Positions 59,146 through 64,000 of a stretch of DNA of 64,000 bases are shown piece by piece (positions within the stretch are counted from its first letter, which is position 1; the number at the start of each line of letters is the position of its first letter). Source of the stretch: Nitrospirae bacterium MYbin3 (GTDB lineage Bacteria; Nitrospirota; Thermodesulfovibrionia; Thermodesulfovibrionales; Dissulfurispiraceae); assembly GCA_002753335.1 (NCBI GenBank), contig PEAD01000004.1, positions 62,001-126,000 of the forward strand, given 5' to 3'. The notes below the pieces were generated by a model, which was given only the letters and a program-made list of their open reading frames with translations, searched no databases and was not told the DNA's origin. Made by a program: the position numbers and the translations under genes.

Positions 59146-60687
59146 GTGTTTTATATGGCCCCAAAAGGAAGTAGCCTGTCGGATTTGTGGAAAAATGAGG
59201 ACTGGCTTGCTGTCTGGATAGGTTTTTTCATAATCGCTATGGTACTCATTTTTAACCAGTGGAGCATAATAGACTTAAAAAAGGTGTCGCCCGGGCACAA
59301 ATGGGCAACTGATGGTCAGATAGCCTCGCGTGTTGAAAAATGGAATGCCGCTATAGACCCTCTAATGAAAGATGCCGAGGCAAAAGGTGAACAGGGAGCT
59401 GTGGTGCGCTTGCAGGGCTTGAAAGAGACATTGCAGAAAGGCGATAGGAAATCGATTGCTGAAGCTGCAGGCAGAGTTGAGCGTATGGGCGGATTGGTTG
59501 GTGAGCTTGGCAAGGAGGTTGGTGCACACGCAAAGGCAGAGCCGGCTAAGCTATTTACTGCTGACAATCTAACAAGAGGTTTTAAAATATGCGTGGCTTT
59601 TATGATTATAGCTACGATTGGCCTCAAGATGATGGGTAGTGTGAACCTAGGCAAGTTTGTTTTAGGTTTCCCAATTGTATTTATTCTTGCATGGCTTGCC
59701 CGTTTAATTGCAGGCAATGCAGCTCCGGGTGATTGGGGCATAGAATATGTGGTATTTTCACTTGCAATAGGCCTGATACTCAGCAATCTCATAGGGCTTC
59801 CAGCATGGCTTATGGAGGCTGTGAGAACCGAATATTACATCAAATCAGGGCTTGTTATTCTTGGCGCCGGGCTTCTTTTTTTCGAGATATTGCAGGCTGG
59901 CGCGCTTGGTATAATGCAGGCCATAGGTGTAGTTTTTGTGGTGTGGTATGCCTGTTATTGGCTTGCAAAGAAGCTTAAGGTTGATGATGAATTTGCGGTT
60001 ATGCTGTCAAGCGCAGTGTCGATATGCGGAGTTTCAGCCGCAATCGCAACATGCGGAGCAATTGAGGGCGACAAGAAAAAACTGTCTTATGTTACTTCAC
60101 TCGTTCTGATAGTGGCTGTGCCTATGATGGTGATAATGCCTTGGGCTGTAAAGGCCTTTGGAATTCCGGATATAGTCGGCGGGGCATGGCTGGGCGGCAC
60201 GCTCGATACGAGCGGTTCTGTTGTTGCTGCAGGCGCGCTGATAAGCGAGGCTGCGATGAAAACAGGGGTTATCGTTAAGTTTTCGCAAAATGCGCTCATC
60301 GGTGTTGCTGCATTTATACTTTCGATATGGTGGACATGCAAAAAAGGAGCTGAATGCGGCGAAAAGCCTACTGCTCGTATAATATGGGATCGTTTCCCCA
60401 AATTCGTGCTTGGCTTTATAGTCGCTTCGGTCTTTTTCTCTTTCTTTCTGCATATAGATACGGTAAACGCCACTAAAAGTCTTCTCGGAGACTTAAGGAC
60501 ATGGTGGTTCGCACTTGCTTTCGTATCTATCGGCCTCGAAACGCGCTTTGTAGATATAGCTAAGATGGAGGGCGGCAGGCCCGCACTGGCCTTTATTGCT
60601 GCGCAGACGTTTAATGTTATATGGACTCTGATTTTAGCGTACATACTGTTTGGAGGGTATATATTCCCGGTGCCTGATATAAAATAA
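59146..60687 (+). CDS. YeiH/UPF0324 (putative sulfate exporter) family transporter
   Basis: NEDWLAVWIG, EYYIKSGLVILG, SICGVSAAIA, WLGGTLDT, FPKFVLGF, LAFVSIGL; GTG 59146 or ATG 59155 start. Confidence 0.88.
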   Translation: MFYMAPKGSSLSDLWKNEDWLAVWIGFFIIAMVLIFNQWSIIDLKKVSPGHKWATDGQIASRVEKWNAAIDPLMKDAEAKGEQGAVVRLQGLKETLQKGDRKSIAEAAGRVERMGGLVGELGKEVGAHAKAEPAKLFTADNLTRGFKICVAFMIIATIGLKMMGSVNLGKFVLGFPIVFILAWLARLIAGNAAPGDWGIEYVVFSLAIGLILSNLIGLPAWLMEAVRTEYYIKSGLVILGAGLLFFEILQAGALGIMQAIGVVFVVWYACYWLAKKLKVDDEFAVMLSSAVSICGVSAAIATCGAIEGDKKKLSYVTSLVLIVAVPMMVIMPWAVKAFGIPDIVGGAWLGGTLDTSGSVVAAGALISEAAMKTGVIVKFSQNALIGVAAFILSIWWTCKKGAECGEKPTARIIWDRFPKFVLGFIVASVFFSFFLHIDTVNATKSLLGDLRTWWFALAFVSIGLETRFVDIAKMEGGRPALAFIAAQTFNVIWTLILAYILFGGYIFPVPDIK

Positions 60688-60739
60688 CAGGACCCCGGCA
60701 GAAAAAAATAAATACTATCTGGAAGGAGGTGAACTATCG

Positions 60740-61240
60740 ATGAGTAAACGTTTAATCGCTTTTGTTGTGGTTGTTTTCTTCATCGCAAGCGGCAGTATAG
60801 TTTTGGCTCAACAGTACTCTGCCAATGCTATGAAAAAAATCGAAGAGCTTAAGATTATGAGCAGAGATAAAAAAGATATGCCCGAGAGCATGCCTGGAGT
60901 CAAAAAGATCACTGCTGAAGAGCTAAAGAAATGGCTAGAAACAAACAAGAAGTTTGTGTTTCTCGACAACAGAGTGCCTGCTGATTTTGAAAAGGAACGG
61001 ATTGCTAAGGCTGTTCGGCTTTCTCCGGATGACCTGCTTGAAAAAGGGCCTAAAGCAGCAGAACAACTCGGGCTTAAAAAAGACGATACGATTGTCTTTT
61101 ACTGAAACGGCATTAAATGCTGGAGGTCTTCCGGCGCAATAATTCTGCTTCAGGATCTTGGGTATAAAAACATTTACTGGTATCGCGAAGGTATTCCGGA
61201 TTGGATAAAGAAAGGCTATCCGACTACCGAGGGCAAATAA
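60740..61240 (+). CDS. Exported rhodanese-domain selenoprotein (Sec at codon 122; 166 aa)
   Basis: Signal peptide; ORF track stops at IVFY-TGA (61103-61105) but the frame continues NGIKCWRS...GYKNIYWYREGIPDW..KGYP to TAA 61240, completing the rhodanese fold with UGA at the catalytic Cys. Confidence 0.9.
61119..61135 (+). promoter_or_regulatory. Bacterial SECIS-like hairpin
   Basis: GCTGGA-GGTCT-TCCGGC; AGGTCT begins 18 nt after the UGA, same apical hexamer as the E. coli fdhF SECIS. Confidence 0.75.
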
Positions 61241-61256
61241 GCAGCAATCGGAATCG

Positions 61257-61295
61257 CATAAGAGGGGTATGTCTTACACACATACCCCTCTTATG
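61257..61295 (+). terminator. Hairpin after the seleno-rhodanese gene
   Basis: CATAAGAGGGGTATGT-N7-ACATACCCCTCTTATG, 16-bp stem starting 17 nt after the read-through stop. Confidence 0.75.
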
Positions 61296-61367
61296 TATCT
61301 ATTTTTTATTTGCGAGGGAGACGATGTTTTTGATTGAGAATTATATAATGATAAGACAGGAACAGGC

Positions 61368-62111
61368 ATGGATTTAGGAATACTCGGCACTATAACTCTT
61401 GACTGGAATTTTGCATCGGCATTATTCAGCATAATTATTATAGACCTGATTCTTGCAGGCGATAATGCTGTTGTAATCGCTATGGCGGTGCGCTCTCTGC
61501 CCCATGAACAGCGAAAGAAAGGCATACTTTTTGGTGCCGGAGCCGCGGTGTTGTTGAGAGTTATTCTGACCTTTTTTGTTGCTCAATTGCTTCAGGTAAG
61601 CTTTATCAAGCTTGTCGGAGGCATTTTGATAACATGGATCGCGGTGAAACTTTTTATGGAAGGCGTGCCGGATGAGAGTATTGACAAAGAAGCCACAACC
61701 ATCGGGCAGGCTATTAAGCTGATTGTTATCGCGGATATAACGATGGCTACAGACAACATGCTTGCTGTGGGCGGGGCTTCGCAAGGCAACCTTTTTCTTT
61801 TGTTGTTTGGACTAGGGCTCAGCATTCCGTTTGTCGTATTCACAAGCAACCTGCTTTCTATGCTTATGGATAAATATCCGGCGATAATATATATAGGCGC
61901 TGCAATTCTCGGTAAGGTGGGCGGAGAGATGATAATTACGGACCCTTTTACCGAAAGACTGCTGGCTCCGGGCAAGGCTACTATTTATATGGTTGAAGCT
62001 GTTTTTGCAGCAGGAGTTATCGTTACCGGAAAACTTTTGCTTAAGTGGAAAATTGTAAGGGCTGCGAAAAAAGAACATATCCATGATGCTGATAAGCCGG
62101 AGGAGGATTAA
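61368..62111 (+). CDS. TerC family (YjbE-like) membrane protein
   Basis: IDLILAGDNAVVIA and IADITMATDNMLAV motifs. Confidence 0.9.
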   Translation: MDLGILGTITLDWNFASALFSIIIIDLILAGDNAVVIAMAVRSLPHEQRKKGILFGAGAAVLLRVILTFFVAQLLQVSFIKLVGGILITWIAVKLFMEGVPDESIDKEATTIGQAIKLIVIADITMATDNMLAVGGASQGNLFLLLFGLGLSIPFVVFTSNLLSMLMDKYPAIIYIGAAILGKVGGEMIITDPFTERLLAPGKATIYMVEAVFAAGVIVTGKLLLKWKIVRAAKKEHIHDADKPEED

Positions 62112-62914
62112 TGGCTATTTTAACCATATCGAGAGAGATCGGAAGCGGCGGGCGTGAAATAGGATATAAAATTGCCGACCTCATGGGATACGAGCTTATA
62201 ACCAAAGAAAGGCTTCTTTCAGATATTAAAGAGTGGGGCGCTAAATGGGAAAACTGGGGAAAGATTCTGGATGAGCACCATCCCACAGTATGGGAAAAAT
62301 ACGACTGGTCTTTTAAAGGTTTTTGTGCACTTATGCAAAACCAGATGCTGCAATACGCATTAAAAGACAAAGTTGTCTTGTTGGGAAGAGGCGGCAACTT
62401 TCTGTTTAACGACATACCTTATGCTCTCAGAATACGCATAATTGCGCCTGTAAAATATCGAGCAGAAAGAATAATGAAGCGTGATTCTGTTGATATAGAG
62501 ACGGCCCGATGGATTATAGAAAAAACCGACAAGGAAAGGTCGGGGTTTATCAGAGCCCTTTACGGAGAAGATTTGAATGCTCTGTCCGAATATGATATTA
62601 CATTCGATACAAGCACGCGTCCGCTTGAAGGGATAATAGCTTCGGTTAAAGCTGCGCTAGCAGACAAAGAAAGGTTTAATACACCTAATAACTGTGAAAA
62701 ACTGCGCCTGCACGCACTCGCTGCAAAGATAAAGGCGGTGATACTTACGGATCCGACATTCTTTATTCCCACGCTTGATATTGACGATGACGGAGAAGGC
62801 TTGATTCTTAAGGGCGTGATACACAATCCGAAAGAACACAAGCGCATCGAAGATACTGTGCAAAAACTGGCCGGAGATACAAAGGTTAGGTGCAAACTCC
62901 ATTACAGGAGTTAA
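62111..62914 (+). CDS. Cytidylate kinase-like protein with C-terminal BON-like domain
   Basis: ISREIGSGG, VLLGRGG, R.ERI, D.ER..F, YD; C-terminal LKGV segment. Confidence 0.75.
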   Translation: MAILTISREIGSGGREIGYKIADLMGYELITKERLLSDIKEWGAKWENWGKILDEHHPTVWEKYDWSFKGFCALMQNQMLQYALKDKVVLLGRGGNFLFNDIPYALRIRIIAPVKYRAERIMKRDSVDIETARWIIEKTDKERSGFIRALYGEDLNALSEYDITFDTSTRPLEGIIASVKAALADKERFNTPNNCEKLRLHALAAKIKAVILTDPTFFIPTLDIDDDGEGLILKGVIHNPKEHKRIEDTVQKLAGDTKVRCKLHYRS

Positions 62915-62918
62915 GTTT

Positions 62919-63434
62919 TTATCCGTTTTTTTCGATTGCGCGCAGTATCCCATTCAATATGGCTGCAGGATTGGGCGGACAGCCTGAAATGAAAACATCA
63001 ACAGGAATTACCCTATCTACTCCCCCGAGGGAAGCATAGCTTTCTCCAAAGATGCCGCCGTTGCAGCCGCAATCGCCAACAGCCACCACAAGCTTGGGGG
63101 CTGGGGTTGCATTGTAAGTCCTCTTTAACGCTACCTCCATATTTCTTGATACCGGGCCGGTTACAAGAAGCATATCAGCAAAGCGGGGCGATGCGGTGAA
63201 TTGAACGCCGAAGCGCTCGCAATCATATATAGGGTTGTTTATCGCATGTATTTCAAGTTCACAGCCATTGCAGGAGCCTGCATCCACTTCCCTAATGGTA
63301 AGGCTCCCGCGAAAATATTTCTTTACAGCTTCTTCCAGTTTTGCGCCGACAACTGTTATTTCATCTTTAACCACCTTAGGCAGCGGCTCAGTAACAATGC
63401 CGGTTCTGAATATCTGATGCAATATTCTCATCAT
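62919..63434 (-). CDS. NuoB-like small subunit of hydrogenase-4/Ehr complex
   Basis: DAGSCNGCELE, ASPRFAD, AVGDC, GCPP. Confidence 0.9.
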   Translation of the reverse strand: MMRILHQIFRTGIVTEPLPKVVKDEITVVGAKLEEAVKKYFRGSLTIREVDAGSCNGCELEIHAINNPIYDCERFGVQFTASPRFADMLLVTGPVSRNMEVALKRTYNATPAPKLVVAVGDCGCNGGIFGESYASLGGVDRVIPVDVFISGCPPNPAAILNGILRAIEKNG

Positions 63435-64000
63435 AGGTCATGCCCCGAATACGATTGATTGAAACTTTTGTTGCACAACGGGAAGTCGGGGACAATGTTT
63501 CCGGGAATCGCCTGTTCGAGTCCCAACCAATTAAGGCTGGAGGGGTCTCGAACCATGCAGCGGTTTATTTCGCCTTTAATGCCGGCCTGAACCCAATAGA
63601 TAATTTCGCCTCGCCAACCTTCAACTGCAGCAAACCCGGAGGTGTCGGAAGCTGGGCGGCCAATAGCAATAGAAATTTCTCCTTCAGGGATATTTTCAAG
63701 GATAAAGCGGATAATACGAATCGACTCTCTTATCTCTTCCACCCTAACCCATGCACGCGCATGCACGTCTCCTGAAATAAGCACAGGCACTTTTATCTCA
63801 AAACGGTCATACGGAGGGAATGGATTCTGGAGCCTGCAGTCAAGGTTTAATCCGCTTGCACGGGCGACTATGCCCACAGCACATAGACTCCTCGCTTTTT
63901 CAGGACTAAGCTCACCCGCATCCCTTACCCTATCTTCTAGCGATGCGCTTTCATCATAAATAGTTGCGAGTTTTTCAAATTCGGCGGATAGAATATCAAG
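63431..64000 (-). CDS. NuoD-like large subunit of hydrogenase-4/Ehr complex (5'-partial)
   Basis: ARASG, GDVHAR, VEGWRGE, RDPS, PDFPLCNKSFNQSYSGHDL; frame open to the window end. Confidence 0.88.
   Translation of the reverse strand, partial: LDILSAEFEKLATIYDESASLEDRVRDAGELSPEKARSLCAVGIVARASGLNLDCRLQNPFPPYDRFEIKVPVLISGDVHARAWVRVEEIRESIRIIRFILENIPEGEISIAIGRPASDTSGFAAVEGWRGEIIYWVQAGIKGEINRCMVRDPSSLNWLGLEQAIPGNIVPDFPLCNKSFNQSYSGHDL

Noticed and set aside
60740..61105. 121-aa truncated rhodanese or nonsense pseudogene
   Set aside because: The UGA is at the catalytic position, the downstream frame is intact and a SECIS-like hairpin follows; Sec read-through explains it better

Overview
A 64-kb bacterial chromosomal window from an anaerobic, Gram-negative organism. 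The gene content suggests Nitrospirota/Thermodesulfovibrionia or a deltaproteobacterium; this is inference only. Left to right it holds: (1) an LPS/surface-glycan operon containing a carbamoyltransferase + SGNH protein + unannotated 49-aa peptide + SxtJ-like module; (2) housekeeping dcd-pyrF-pabB-pfkA, with an exact 105-bp in-frame duplication in pabB; (3) a Tat-exported TtrA/SrdA-clade molybdoenzyme with a 4Fe-4S partner and two triheme c7-type cytochromes but no membrane anchor, plus Mo-cofactor genes and a kinase cluster, with two sigma54-type promoters of matching architecture; (4) dinJ-yafQ, a RACo-like ASKHA protein and signalling genes; (5) rpsO-pnp-M16-recN; (6) acr3 coupled to a tandem AioX/PhnD-like binding protein, a kinase and an NtrC-type regulator; (7) a split glutamate synthase; (8) a collapsed integrative-element relic at tRNA-Leu(CAA); (9) a YeiH-family transporter followed by an exported rhodanese whose catalytic codon is UGA with an adjacent SECIS-like hairpin (predicted selenoprotein, truncated in the ORF track); and (10) the end of an Ehr/Hyf-like complex. 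The best candidates for undescribed systems are the YeiH + periplasmic seleno-rhodanese pair, the carbamoyl module with a DltX-like FIYxxF peptide, and the anchor-less Ttr-like reductase with its sigma54 circuit.
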